A stretch of 64,000 nucleotides of DNA, from contig CBDUPA010000024.1 of the NCBI GenBank assembly GCA_965368975.1, forward strand, positions 1 through 64,000. Direction: 5' to 3'. This DNA comes from an uncultured bacterium (lineage in GTDB: Bacteria; Acidobacteriota; Thermoanaerobaculia; Multivoradales; JAHZIX01). Below are positions 1-9,955 of this stretch, in pieces (position 1 is the first letter of the stretch; every line of letters starts with the position of its first letter). Position numbers and translations under genes: made by a program. The notes below the pieces were generated by a model, which did not search any database, had not been told where the DNA came from, and saw only the letters and a list, made by a program, of their open reading frames with translations.

Positions 1-935
1 TGGCGGACTGCGATCACATCGCAGGCTGGGTGCGCGACGCGGACTACACCGGTCGAACGCAGGCCCATATCTACCGTGACGGTCCTGCCGGTGGCGGCGG
101 CACGGTAGTAGCGACGATCTGGGCGGATCTGCATCGTCCCGGCTTGCCGTTCCCCGACCAGGACCACGGCTTCGATTGGTCTGTGCCCGCGGGGTCGATC
201 CCGCACGGTACGCCGATCTACGTCTACGGTCTGAACGTCGATTCACACGGTGACTTCGACGGCGACAACACGCTGCTCAACGGCTCTCCGATGAGCTTCA
301 ACTGCCCGAGTGCTCCGGCGGCCCCGAGCGGTGTCAACGCCACGGACGGCACCTATTCGGATCGTGTCCGCATCACCTGGAATGCCACTTCGGGTGCGAC
401 GTCGTACAGCATCTGGCGTCACACGTCGAACAACTCGGCCCAGGCGGTGAGTGTTCGGTCAGGACAGACGTCGACGCTGTGGGACGACATGGGTGTGACA
501 CCTGGCACGACCTACTACTACTGGGTCAAGGCGCACAGCAGCGCCGGCACCAGCCCGTTCAGTGCGGTCAACTCCGGCTACGCGAACAACACACCGGTGA
601 ACCAGCACTTGCCGGACGGCACGCTGGACGTGGCGGACTGCGATCACATCGCAGGCTGGGTGCGCGACGCGGACTACACCGGTCGCACGCAGGCCCACAT
701 CTACCGGGATGGCCCTGCCGGTGGCGGCGGTACGGTGGTGGCGACAATCTGGGCGGACTTGACTCGCCCGGGTCTACCCTTCCCAGACAAGGACCATGGC
801 TTCGATTGGGCGGTGCCCGAGGGGTCGATTCCGCACGGTACGCCGATCTACGTCTATGGCTTGAACGTCGATTCCCATGGCAACTTCAACGGCGACAACA
901 CGTTGCTCAACGGCTCTCCGATGAGCTTCAACTGT
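1..935 (+). repeat. Intragenic direct repeat, ~305 bp copies at 1 and 631 (630 bp period)
   Basis: First 55 nt identical in both copies; later differences are mostly third-codon positions. Confidence 0.9.
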
Positions 936-1298
936 CCGGCATCGGCACCCCCGGTCAACAATCACCAGCCGGAAGGAACGCTCGACGTGGCCGACTGCAC
1001 GCACATCGCGGGCTGGGCCCGCGACGCCGACAACACCGACCCGATCCAGGTCCATATCTACAAGGGTGGTCCGGCCGGAGCGGGCGGCCAAGTCGTGGCG
1101 ACGATCCTGGCTGATCTGAATCGCCCCGGTTTGCCGTTCCCCGACACCAACCATGGCTTTGACTGGCCTGTCCCGGCCGGCTCGATCCCCGCCGGCACGC
1201 CGATCTACGTCTACGGCATCAATGTCAACTCCCACGGCGAGATCAACGGCAGCAGTCCGTTGCTCAACCTGTCTCCGCGGCCATTGACGTGTCCGTGA
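1..1298 (+). CDS. C-terminal part of a large repeat surface protein (5' truncated by window edge)
   Basis: Frame is open from base 3. Three copies of a ~105 aa module (GxLDVADCxHIAGWxRDAD...HGFDW...SP...C) plus one FN3-like module (TDGTYSDRVRITW...YYYWVKA). Same modules as the C-terminus of 3473..9847. Confidence 0.85.
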   Translation, partial: ADCDHIAGWVRDADYTGRTQAHIYRDGPAGGGGTVVATIWADLHRPGLPFPDQDHGFDWSVPAGSIPHGTPIYVYGLNVDSHGDFDGDNTLLNGSPMSFNCPSAPAAPSGVNATDGTYSDRVRITWNATSGATSYSIWRHTSNNSAQAVSVRSGQTSTLWDDMGVTPGTTYYYWVKAHSSAGTSPFSAVNSGYANNTPVNQHLPDGTLDVADCDHIAGWVRDADYTGRTQAHIYRDGPAGGGGTVVATIWADLTRPGLPFPDKDHGFDWAVPEGSIPHGTPIYVYGLNVDSHGNFNGDNTLLNGSPMSFNCPASAPPVNNHQPEGTLDVADCTHIAGWARDADNTDPIQVHIYKGGPAGAGGQVVATILADLNRPGLPFPDTNHGFDWPVPAGSIPAGTPIYVYGINVNSHGEINGSSPLLNLSPRPLTCP

Positions 1299-1393
1299 TG
1301 TAGCTGGATCCCAAGGTTACTGAGGGCCTTACTTCCCCGAGGTTCCTCGTTGCAGTAACCCTCCCTCACCAGGTACCCGTACCGGGAACCTGA

Positions 1394-1438
1394 ACCGGGC
1401 GCCGGTCCTTCTCCTTGGGAGGGCCGGCGCCTTCTCCT
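1394..1438 (+). terminator. GC-rich hairpin downstream of the repeat-protein gene
   Basis: ggcgccggtcct...agggccggcgcc stem followed by ttctcct. Confidence 0.55.
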
Positions 1439-1671
1439 GTCTGTGGTTCCAACACCTGTCGCACTGCTCCACGAGCCGCTAAACCATCGAGCTGAGGCAC
1501 AATCTTCCGAACCATGATCCCGTAGGGGGCTTGTTTGCGCCAACTCCTTCGCAGTTCTCAGAGGTCCGATTGGGCCAAACTCTCGTTGAGGCCTGTCGTA
1601 CCGTTTGCATCTTCTACCTCATGCGAGCCGCGACCGCTTTCGGGCACGCAAGGCTCGAAAGGAGTCATGAC

Positions 1672-3288
1672 ATGAGCAGCGCACTTCCGTTTTTCCGTTT
1701 CTCCCGCAGATCTCGCCGCTTGCACGGATTGGATCTGGCGATCGTCGGTTCTCTTTTCTCTGTGCTCCTGACCATTGGAGCGCAAGCGCAGTCGGTCAAG
1801 ACCGTGCCTTGGGAACAAGCCGAAGTAGAGATCTCGTTCGACGAGCTTGGAATGGCCGGTCCTCTGCCGGTGAGTCACGCGACGAGCATCTCGCCTGCGT
1901 ACGGAGTCCTGGAGGACAACAAGGGTGATTCCTTTCGCTACCTACCGACGTCCGAATTCTGGCAGGCCGGTGTTGACAACTTTCAGATAGAGGTAGATGG
2001 GCAGCTGCGGGATGTGTTTCTGATCGCCAACCTGCGTGAGGATGATTTCGCCGGTGAAGCCTTACCTGGATGCTCGATCGGAGAGTTGTGGCAGCTGGAG
2101 GGCGATCTCACTGGGTTCACTGTGGTCGCTGCCGAAGGGCTGAACGGTGACTGCGGTATGCAGTTGCAGCTGGGCGTTCCGGCCATCGCCCTGCGCCCGC
2201 GCCCGCAGGCGCTGACCGGACCCGGAGGTGGCAACACCTCGATCACGCTCGATCCAGGCATCGGTGGGTTTCCCGGGTTCCCGAACGTACCCGATGGGCT
2301 GACGGTGGCGCTGGCTGCGGGAATCCTCCAGAACGGATCCGTTGCCTTCGAACTGGTGTTGATCGACGATGCGACCCTGGTTGCTCGCGCCTATGATGCG
2401 GAAGGCGTTTACACCGAGTCGGCGCCCATAGTTCTCGAGCTGGGCCCACAGGAACTCGAGTTGGACTGGTGGTTTGCCAGTGCTCCGGGGGCCAGCGATG
2501 GTGGGCTTCTGCTATCGCGCAACGGCCTCTTGGAGGCCGAGATCAACGGTGTAGACAACTTCGGCTTGTTGGAGCAGCCCTGGAACTGGCACTTCGGTGT
2601 TCTCGGCGAATCCGTTGGCGCGAGTGGCGGCTTCATCCTGTACGACCCAGAGGTTTGGACGAGTCCACGCCAACCGATCTTCGAGCCGATCTTCGCCGAC
2701 AGCGCGGGCACCCTCTCGCTGGAGCGCTGGAGTTCATTGGTCAACGGTCAGTACATCTCGGTCGTTACCGACCCACTGAAGCAGGACCCGCAGTTCTCGC
2801 TGATGTTCGACGGCACTCGCCGCCAGGTGGCGATGCGCGACGGTTCTCCGCAGGCCGAGCGACACTACCGAGCGCGCTTCTCGGTCAATGTGGAGGATCT
2901 GGCTCCGGGAGCTCTCGGTTGGACGCTCCTCAAGGCTCACAATGCCGAGCGTAGCAACGTACTCTTCCGCGTCCAGACTCGGTACTCGGCCGCGCTCGGA
3001 GCGTATCAGCTACGCATCGTTGCAGGTACCGGAACCGGCCAGGTCGGTTCGACGTGGGCGACCTTGGAGCCGGGCGTGACGGCTTTCGATGTGGCCATGC
3101 AGTGGTGGGCGCAGGAAGGGGCAGACGGCGGAGGAATGCGCCTGTGGTCGGACGCGGAACTGGTTGCCGAGCTGCAGGACGTGCAGAACGCCGGTATGCG
3201 TGTCGAAGAGGTCTCGATCGGTGGCATGGGGGTGCTGGAGGACTGGACGGGATCCCTGACGATCGACGATGTCTTCACGTGGCGCTGA
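1672..3288 (+). CDS. Secreted beta-rich protein (Ig-like plus two concanavalin/lectin-like domains)
   Basis: AAGGAG RBS before ATG 1672; basic then hydrophobic signal peptide ending AQA; two similar regions (ELDWW..DGGLLL and MQWW..GGGMRLW); EPIFADS motif between them. Confidence 0.7.
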   Translation: MSSALPFFRFSRRSRRLHGLDLAIVGSLFSVLLTIGAQAQSVKTVPWEQAEVEISFDELGMAGPLPVSHATSISPAYGVLEDNKGDSFRYLPTSEFWQAGVDNFQIEVDGQLRDVFLIANLREDDFAGEALPGCSIGELWQLEGDLTGFTVVAAEGLNGDCGMQLQLGVPAIALRPRPQALTGPGGGNTSITLDPGIGGFPGFPNVPDGLTVALAAGILQNGSVAFELVLIDDATLVARAYDAEGVYTESAPIVLELGPQELELDWWFASAPGASDGGLLLSRNGLLEAEINGVDNFGLLEQPWNWHFGVLGESVGASGGFILYDPEVWTSPRQPIFEPIFADSAGTLSLERWSSLVNGQYISVVTDPLKQDPQFSLMFDGTRRQVAMRDGSPQAERHYRARFSVNVEDLAPGALGWTLLKAHNAERSNVLFRVQTRYSAALGAYQLRIVAGTGTGQVGSTWATLEPGVTAFDVAMQWWAQEGADGGGMRLWSDAELVAELQDVQNAGMRVEEVSIGGMGVLEDWTGSLTIDDVFTWR

Positions 3289-3333
3289 TGGGGCGTTGAC
3301 CTTTCTCTCCGGGGTGCCCGACCTGGGCTTCCC

Positions 3334-3385
3334 ACCGGGCGCCGGTCACTCCTTGGCCTTCAAGTAGCCGGCGCCCTCTCTCCTT
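3334..3385 (+). terminator. GC-rich hairpin homologous to 1394..1438
   Basis: gggcgccgg...ccggcgccc stem followed by tctctcctt. Confidence 0.5.
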
Positions 3386-3472
3386 CTGATCCCGTGAGCC
3401 TCCCGTCTGCGCCAACCAGGGTGTCGTCGACCTTCGGGTCCTTCATCTAAGCAATGCAGAGAGGTAGCCGTC

Positions 3473-6400
3473 ATGAGTGTGCCATTCGAGAGACTGGTTC
3501 GGTCCGAACAGATTCCATCCATACGGGCGTTCACGTCGCCACGTCCACAACCCAGAGGCTCGGGAGACGTTCCCCTGCCGCGTGTCGTGCTCACGCTGTT
3601 GGCTGGCCTCGCGGCCTGGCTGCTGCTGGCGCTCTCGCTCTTACCCTTCGCGGCCGAGGCGCAGATTTCCGAAGGAGGCGGAGCAGCAGCGACGGTGGTA
3701 TCGGTGAAGCCGGCCATCAACTACGCGACCGGCTACCGCGTCGACTGTGGCACGCAGCTGGATCTGGTCGTGACACTGCAGAACACCGGCTCGCAGACCT
3801 GGGACGGTCGCGTGTCGCTGGGGGCCACCGGCGACGCGGACCCCTTCCGCACTGATCCGGCCCCACGCGTTGCCCTGCCGCGCTTGGTCAGGCCCGGCGA
3901 AACGGTCGACGTGACGGTGCCGCTGACCATCCCTGCCGACGTCCAGATGAGCGGTACCTCGGAGTGGCAGCTGGTGGCCGGCGACGGCAGCTGGTTTGGC
4001 GACATCGCGTCGCGCAAGTTGTTCGTAGTCTGCCAGCGTGACCTGACCGACGACGCGCGCGTCGTGTCGCACACGTTGCCGGAGTTGATGGAGTGCGGCA
4101 GCACGCGCCGCGTCGGCATCACCATGGAGAACACCGGCACCAGTTTCTGGAGCAAGGACCTGGCGATGCGCCTCGGCGATCCGGGTAATGCCGATCCGTT
4201 CGGCCTGGTCACGCGCGTCCACATGCCCGACACCGTCGAGGTCGCGCCCGGCCAGTCGCACACCTTCGAATTCGACATCCGAGCCCCGGACGCCGCGGGT
4301 ACCTACACCACGGACTGGCGCATGGTGCACACCTGGGTACGCTGGTTCGGCGAGGTCGCGGCGCAGCAGATCAACGTCACCTGTGACGACTACGGCGTGC
4401 GCTTCATGCAGCCGCGTGACCAGGTGCTGGAGAACGGCCAGGTCTTCGATTGGGGTGTGCTGCGGGAAGGTGATTCGCCAGCAGCCTTCACCTTCCGCGT
4501 CGCCGCGCCGGACAGCTTCGCCGGGTCGATGTACAACCTGCGAGTGGTCAGCGAGGAAGGACCGGTGAAGGTCGATTTCGGGGCGCTCGCCAGCGAGCTG
4601 ACGGGGACGTCCGAGATTCCGGCCCAGCAAGGCCTGGACGTTGCCGGCACGTTGGTGGTGCAGAAGAAGATGCTGCAAGAGGTGGCGCCGGGTGGGCAGG
4701 TGCCGTTCCGCGTCGTCATCGCCTTCGATCACGACCTGGGCGGGCCCTTCCAATTCGAAGTCGTGGGCACGGCGCAAAAGGCGGCCTGCGGTGACGCGGA
4801 CACCAACAATTGGGATTTTCAGATCGAAGACTATGGCGGGCCCTTCGTCGAGACCATTCCGGAAGACGATCTTCCGAGCCGGCTGACCTTCCGAGGGCGC
4901 GTCACCAACCAGGACCCGTCGGTCTGTCTCTCGATTCCGGTCAGTGGTTTCCGGGCCGACATTGTGGCCGCGCCACCGGGAATCTCGACCGCTTTCGATC
5001 TGCCGGGGGCTTCCGTCATCGAGCTGCAACCCGGTCAGAGCTACACCTTCAGCATTCTGATCGACGCCACCATCTTTGCCGAGAATGGTGAGTACTCGGC
5101 CAACATCGGCGTCAATCCCACCAACACCAGCGCCACGACGACGTTCAACATCTCGGGTACCTTCGAGATCCTGAGACCGGAGCTGTCGCTGGGCAATGTC
5201 ACCGTTCGGCTGGCCTCCGGAGCTGCAGGTAGCCATCTCGATTCGTTGTCCTTCGGAGCCGTGGGCGAGGATGTCGCCGTGGACTTCGAGGTCGAAAACG
5301 GCAACAACGCCGACATGCGTATCGAGGATCTCACCGCGACCCTGGTCGGACCGGCCAGTACCGGCCTGGCGTACTTCCCGTCGCCCACCTCGGCGGTGGT
5401 GCCGGAGTTCACTTCGGCACCCTTCGGGGGGCAGCTGCGGGTGCTCAGTACCGCCGTGCCGGGAGCTTTCACCATCCGCATCGCCTTCCGGGTCACCGAC
5501 ACCGCGATTCCGACCACCTTCGACGAGCTCTTCATGATCGACATCGATGGCTTCTTGACGGCGTGCGGTGGTGGTGGCAACTGTGGTCCGGTTGCGGCCG
5601 TCACGGATGCCCGTGGCGATGTGGTCTTCGACACCCATCGACTCCAGCTGTCGAACGTCGGTACGCACGATGTGGAGTTCTTCATAGCCAACGTCGGTGA
5701 CCAGGAGCTGGTCATCCAGCCGCCGGTTACGACTCTCGGTAGCTTCCACCGGTACAGCGTCGTCGAGCAACCATTCCCTACCCAGCTTCCAGCTGGCAGT
5801 GACGAGACCTCGCGATTCGTCGTGCGTTTCGATGGCGAGGGTCAGGGGACCGGCGAAGTCTTCGGAACCACCGTGACGATTCCGGGCGTCGGCACCAACA
5901 TGCCGTACACCTTCCGTCTGGAAGTCGAAACGGTGCGGCCGGCTCCCCTCGATGTCGAGGTGGTAGGGTTCACTATCGACAACGGTGAAGTGAACCTGGG
6001 GCAGCATGACCAACTTCCACTGCTGCCAGTGATCCGGATCACCAACCCAACGGGGTCCACGTACTACATCAACGCGGTACGTTCACTCAGGACCTCGGGC
6101 GGGCCACTGCGGTGGGCGTGGGTGACACGGGTACCCGAGGGAAGTGACCCTGGGGATGTCTTGGGCATTACCAAGAATGGTGGTGTTCTCAACCTCGGTG
6201 GCAAGATCGAGCTCAGTGGTCAAACGGGTGACGTCAATCGACCCTACACGTTCTCCTTCTCCTTCCGGTACGGTCGCACAGGCAATACCGATGACGGCAC
6301 CTATCGTTTGACTATCCGAGGCGACCTGATCCGCGTCTACAACCCGGACCTCGACGCGCCGGATATCGACTGCGAGAACGTGAACGCCGCCGACGTCTGT

Positions 6401-9400
6401 GCCACCAACTACTGCGGGACGGTGCGCGAGATCTACGCTGCTCATCCACTGCCCGCGTTCCTGTGTGTGACCGGAACGACCAAAGCGCTATGGGTCTGTA
6501 CCGGTTGCACGGGAATCGGCCCCTGCTTCGCAGCTTGTGCCGGCGCAGTCCTCGGTACAGCGGGCTGCATCGTGGCCGGCGGCCAGTTCTTCGAGGCCCT
6601 GGAACAGGCCTTGCGGGATACCAAGACGTGCTACTGCAACCGCGAGAATCGCTACTGTGAGAACACCTACTTCATCGGCTACGAGATCCTGAACCTGCCG
6701 GTTGGGGCGTCGGTCGACGTCTATTCCCGATGCCGTACTTCGGGAGGGTTGGATTTCGACGAGCGCGAGACGGTCAGCCTATCCAATTCGCTCGACTTCG
6801 ACTTGATGAGCTGTCCGGAAAGCAGCGCCTACGATGTCCGTACCTACCCCGTGCAGATGCCGGGGGGTAGCACGTACAAATGCACGTTGGCGGATGCCCC
6901 AGGGTCAGGGGACGAGCCGATGATTCCACAGTACAGCGGCAGCTTGACCGAGGCTATCGTGCCGCGTTTCGACTGCCGCTGTACCGATCCTGCAGGCTGC
7001 GGTCAGCTCTACACCTTGCTCGGCACGGCAGAGAACCTGCCGTCGGGCGCCGCGGTGACCGTGGTGGCACATCTGGAAGGCGACTTCCCGACGCAGATCG
7101 CCGCCCTGGTCACGGTGACCGAGAATGGTCAGTTCCAGTTCCCTGTCCCGGTGCCGGCAGCCGACTCGTACCTGCTGACCATCGAGAACAAGGACGACTA
7201 TCCGCAATGCTCCGTCGAATCGACGGGCAATGCGATCGGTGGTTCCGGCAACGTCGTGGATATCGCGAACCTGAGCTGTGATCCGACGCGGCCCAACGTG
7301 CGCATCCTGGTGCCTGCCGACGGTGACACCGTGCAGCCGACCGCCAACGGCACCATCCAGGTGACGGCGGTAGCCGGCGACTCCAGCGGCGTGCGAGAGG
7401 TGGTCTTCTACGAAGATGGCACGTCGATCGGCGTTTCCACCTCGTCTACCCACCTCTACGACATCGCCTGGGTGCCCAACGGCTCGGGATCACACACGCT
7501 ACAGGCCCTGGCTCAGAGTGTCACCGGCGCCACGACCTTCTCCGATCCCGTCACTGTGACGGTCACCGGCTCGGTGCTCTGCGACGGTGACTCCCAGGCG
7601 CCTGTGATCCAGCGTGTTTCACCGGCCGCCAACGAAGCGGCACCCATCGAGTTGGGGAACACACTGACGCTCGAAGCCGAAGTCAGCGATGACATCGGCA
7701 TGAGTCACGTCGACTTCTTCCTCGACGGCAACAAGGTCACCGTCTTCAACAACGGTCCGCTCTTCTTGGTCAACGTGCCACAGGTGAGCCTGGGCCAGCA
7801 CACACTCCGAGTCGTGGCTGTCGATGTCTGCGGCAAGGAGCGCTCAGTGGCGCAGTACAGCTTCACCGTCGTCGAGGGCAACGCGTCTCTCGCCACCGGT
7901 GCATTGACAGTTGCTGATTGCGAAATCCTCTATGGCTATGCCCAAGATCCCGATACCTCCGCCGCGGTCGTCGTGGAACTGTATCGGGACGGACCTCGCG
8001 GTGCGGGAGGCCTGATTGACCAGGTAGTCGCGAGTGAGTCCTGTACGGGCCTTGGCGGCTCGGGCAACTGCTTCACCGTACAGACTCCGAGCGAGTTGAA
8101 GACCGGACAAACGGAGGTCGTGTACGCCCACGCGCGAGACCTGAACGCGCAGGGACAAGCGACCGGCGAGTGGTCGGAGTTGCAGTTGTCGCCCCGGCTG
8201 TTGACCTGCTCTGGCGGAGGTGGTGGCAGCGCGCCAACGATCCCGGTCGGTTTCTCGGCCAGCAACGGTACCTACACGGACCGCGTGCAGCTGGGCTGGA
8301 CACCCGCCAACGGCGCCAATGACTACCAGGTCTATCGCAATACCACCAACAACAGCGGCGCCGCGACCATGGTCGCCGGCAACGTCACGACCACTGCCTA
8401 CGACGATATGAGCGTCCAGGCGGGTTCGACCTACTACTACTGGCTGAAGGCCAGCAATGGCAACGGCACCAGCGACTTCAGCTCCATGGCGACCGGCTCC
8501 ACCAGCGCAACCGTGGTCAACGATCACCAGCCTGCTGGTCACCTGGACGTCGCCGACTGCACGCACATCGCCGGCTGGGCGCGCGATGCCGACACTACCG
8601 GCCCGATCCAGGTCCACCTCTACCGGGGTGGTCCGGCCGGTGGCGGTGGCACGGTGCTGGCTCACGTGGTGGCCGACGATTTCCGTGGCGATCTACCGTT
8701 CCCCGACAAGAACCACGGCTTCGGCTGGAACGTGCCAACGGGCTCGATCCCCGACGGCATGCCGATCTATGCCTACGGCATCAATGTCGATTCGGGCGGC
8801 AACCAGGACGGAGACAGCAGCCTCCTCGGTGGCTCGCCGTTCAGTTTCGACTGTCCTGTTGACCTTGGGGCACCGACCGGCGTCGCGGCCACGGATGGAA
8901 CCTACCCGGACAAGGTGCGCGTGACATGGAATGCGGTCTCCGGCGCTACGTCGTACAACGTCTGGCGCGCCGAAGTCGGCAGCGGCGCGGCCGTCCTGCT
9001 GCAGTTGGGAGTGACCGGCCAGGTGTTCGACGACACCTCCGCCGTCCCAGGTCTGGTCTACGACTACTGGGTGGCGGCGCACAACAATACCGGCACCAGC
9101 GATTTCAGTTCCGCGGACACCGGCTACATCAGCGGTCCGGCAACCAACACCTACGAACCGGAAGGCTCGCTCGAGATCGCCGACTGCAGCCGCATTGTGG
9201 GTTGGACGCGGGACGGTGATTTCAGCGGCGCGATCGAAGCGCACATCTACCGCGATGCGCCGGCCGGTCAAGGCGGCACCGTGGTCGGCCACGCTCTGGC
9301 CGACATCTACCGCTCCGACCTGCCCTACGCGGACAAGAGCCACGGTTACGACTGGCAGGTGCCCGCCGGGGTCACGATCCCGCACGGCACGCCGATCTAC

Positions 9401-9847
9401 GTCTACGGCATCGGTGTCGACTCGAACGGCACCGAGACCGCCAGCAGTACGCTGCTCTTCGGCTCGCCGATGAGCTACAACTGCCCGGCCAACGGCCCGG
9501 CAGTGAACAACCACCAGCCCGAAGGCACGCTCGATACGGCAACGTGCACGCGTATCACCGGCTGGGCTCGCGACGCCGACAACACCGCGCCGATCCAGGT
9601 GCATCTCTACAAGGGAGCCCCCGCCGGTTCCGGCGGCCAGGTCGTAGCGACGTTCCTGGCGGATCTGTACCGCAGTGACTTGTCCTTCGCCGACAAGGAA
9701 CACGGCTTCGACTGGCCGGTGCCGGCCGGATCGATCCCCGCGGGCACGCCGATCTATGCCTACGGCATCAACATCGACTCGCACGGGGACTTGAACGGCG
9801 ACAACATCGAGCTCGTCCTGTCACCGCGTCCCTTGAGCTGCCCCTGA
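3473..9847 (+). CDS. Giant multidomain surface/adhesin-like protein (NBR1-like Ig x2, Ig domains, Cys-rich core, Big-like Ig x2, FN3 x2, C-terminal repeats x4)
   Basis: 2124 aa ORF; hydrophobic signal ending AEA-Q; NTGxxxW...WFG motifs twice; VVFYxDG/VDFFLDG Ig motifs; repeats shared with 1..1298. Start uncertain. Confidence 0.85.
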   Translation: MSVPFERLVRSEQIPSIRAFTSPRPQPRGSGDVPLPRVVLTLLAGLAAWLLLALSLLPFAAEAQISEGGGAAATVVSVKPAINYATGYRVDCGTQLDLVVTLQNTGSQTWDGRVSLGATGDADPFRTDPAPRVALPRLVRPGETVDVTVPLTIPADVQMSGTSEWQLVAGDGSWFGDIASRKLFVVCQRDLTDDARVVSHTLPELMECGSTRRVGITMENTGTSFWSKDLAMRLGDPGNADPFGLVTRVHMPDTVEVAPGQSHTFEFDIRAPDAAGTYTTDWRMVHTWVRWFGEVAAQQINVTCDDYGVRFMQPRDQVLENGQVFDWGVLREGDSPAAFTFRVAAPDSFAGSMYNLRVVSEEGPVKVDFGALASELTGTSEIPAQQGLDVAGTLVVQKKMLQEVAPGGQVPFRVVIAFDHDLGGPFQFEVVGTAQKAACGDADTNNWDFQIEDYGGPFVETIPEDDLPSRLTFRGRVTNQDPSVCLSIPVSGFRADIVAAPPGISTAFDLPGASVIELQPGQSYTFSILIDATIFAENGEYSANIGVNPTNTSATTTFNISGTFEILRPELSLGNVTVRLASGAAGSHLDSLSFGAVGEDVAVDFEVENGNNADMRIEDLTATLVGPASTGLAYFPSPTSAVVPEFTSAPFGGQLRVLSTAVPGAFTIRIAFRVTDTAIPTTFDELFMIDIDGFLTACGGGGNCGPVAAVTDARGDVVFDTHRLQLSNVGTHDVEFFIANVGDQELVIQPPVTTLGSFHRYSVVEQPFPTQLPAGSDETSRFVVRFDGEGQGTGEVFGTTVTIPGVGTNMPYTFRLEVETVRPAPLDVEVVGFTIDNGEVNLGQHDQLPLLPVIRITNPTGSTYYINAVRSLRTSGGPLRWAWVTRVPEGSDPGDVLGITKNGGVLNLGGKIELSGQTGDVNRPYTFSFSFRYGRTGNTDDGTYRLTIRGDLIRVYNPDLDAPDIDCENVNAADVCATNYCGTVREIYAAHPLPAFLCVTGTTKALWVCTGCTGIGPCFAACAGAVLGTAGCIVAGGQFFEALEQALRDTKTCYCNRENRYCENTYFIGYEILNLPVGASVDVYSRCRTSGGLDFDERETVSLSNSLDFDLMSCPESSAYDVRTYPVQMPGGSTYKCTLADAPGSGDEPMIPQYSGSLTEAIVPRFDCRCTDPAGCGQLYTLLGTAENLPSGAAVTVVAHLEGDFPTQIAALVTVTENGQFQFPVPVPAADSYLLTIENKDDYPQCSVESTGNAIGGSGNVVDIANLSCDPTRPNVRILVPADGDTVQPTANGTIQVTAVAGDSSGVREVVFYEDGTSIGVSTSSTHLYDIAWVPNGSGSHTLQALAQSVTGATTFSDPVTVTVTGSVLCDGDSQAPVIQRVSPAANEAAPIELGNTLTLEAEVSDDIGMSHVDFFLDGNKVTVFNNGPLFLVNVPQVSLGQHTLRVVAVDVCGKERSVAQYSFTVVEGNASLATGALTVADCEILYGYAQDPDTSAAVVVELYRDGPRGAGGLIDQVVASESCTGLGGSGNCFTVQTPSELKTGQTEVVYAHARDLNAQGQATGEWSELQLSPRLLTCSGGGGGSAPTIPVGFSASNGTYTDRVQLGWTPANGANDYQVYRNTTNNSGAATMVAGNVTTTAYDDMSVQAGSTYYYWLKASNGNGTSDFSSMATGSTSATVVNDHQPAGHLDVADCTHIAGWARDADTTGPIQVHLYRGGPAGGGGTVLAHVVADDFRGDLPFPDKNHGFGWNVPTGSIPDGMPIYAYGINVDSGGNQDGDSSLLGGSPFSFDCPVDLGAPTGVAATDGTYPDKVRVTWNAVSGATSYNVWRAEVGSGAAVLLQLGVTGQVFDDTSAVPGLVYDYWVAAHNNTGTSDFSSADTGYISGPATNTYEPEGSLEIADCSRIVGWTRDGDFSGAIEAHIYRDAPAGQGGTVVGHALADIYRSDLPYADKSHGYDWQVPAGVTIPHGTPIYVYGIGVDSNGTETASSTLLFGSPMSYNCPANGPAVNNHQPEGTLDTATCTRITGWARDADNTAPIQVHLYKGAPAGSGGQVVATFLADLYRSDLSFADKEHGFDWPVPAGSIPAGTPIYAYGINIDSHGDLNGDNIELVLSPRPLSCP

Positions 9848-9877
9848 GGTAGGGCTGTACGACTTCATTCGCTGCTT

Positions 9878-9930
9878 AGGGCGCCGGGCCTGTGCTCAGA
9901 CTCTGAGCGGAGGCTCGGCGCCCTTCTTTT
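9878..9930 (+). terminator. Rho-independent terminator between convergent genes
   Basis: agggcgccg...gctcag act ctgagc...cggcgccct stem followed by tctttt. Confidence 0.75.
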
Positions 9931-9955
9931 TAACCACTACAGTTGGTGCTGCCCG

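Noticed and set aside
1-935. Possible DGR template/variable repeat pair
   Set aside because: Differences are mostly synonymous and not adenine-specific; no reverse transcriptase in the window.
3641-6013. Long antisense ORFs (also 12708..14108, 24926..26749, 56920..59235)
   Set aside because: Shadows of GC3-rich genes on the opposite strand with no recognisable motifs.
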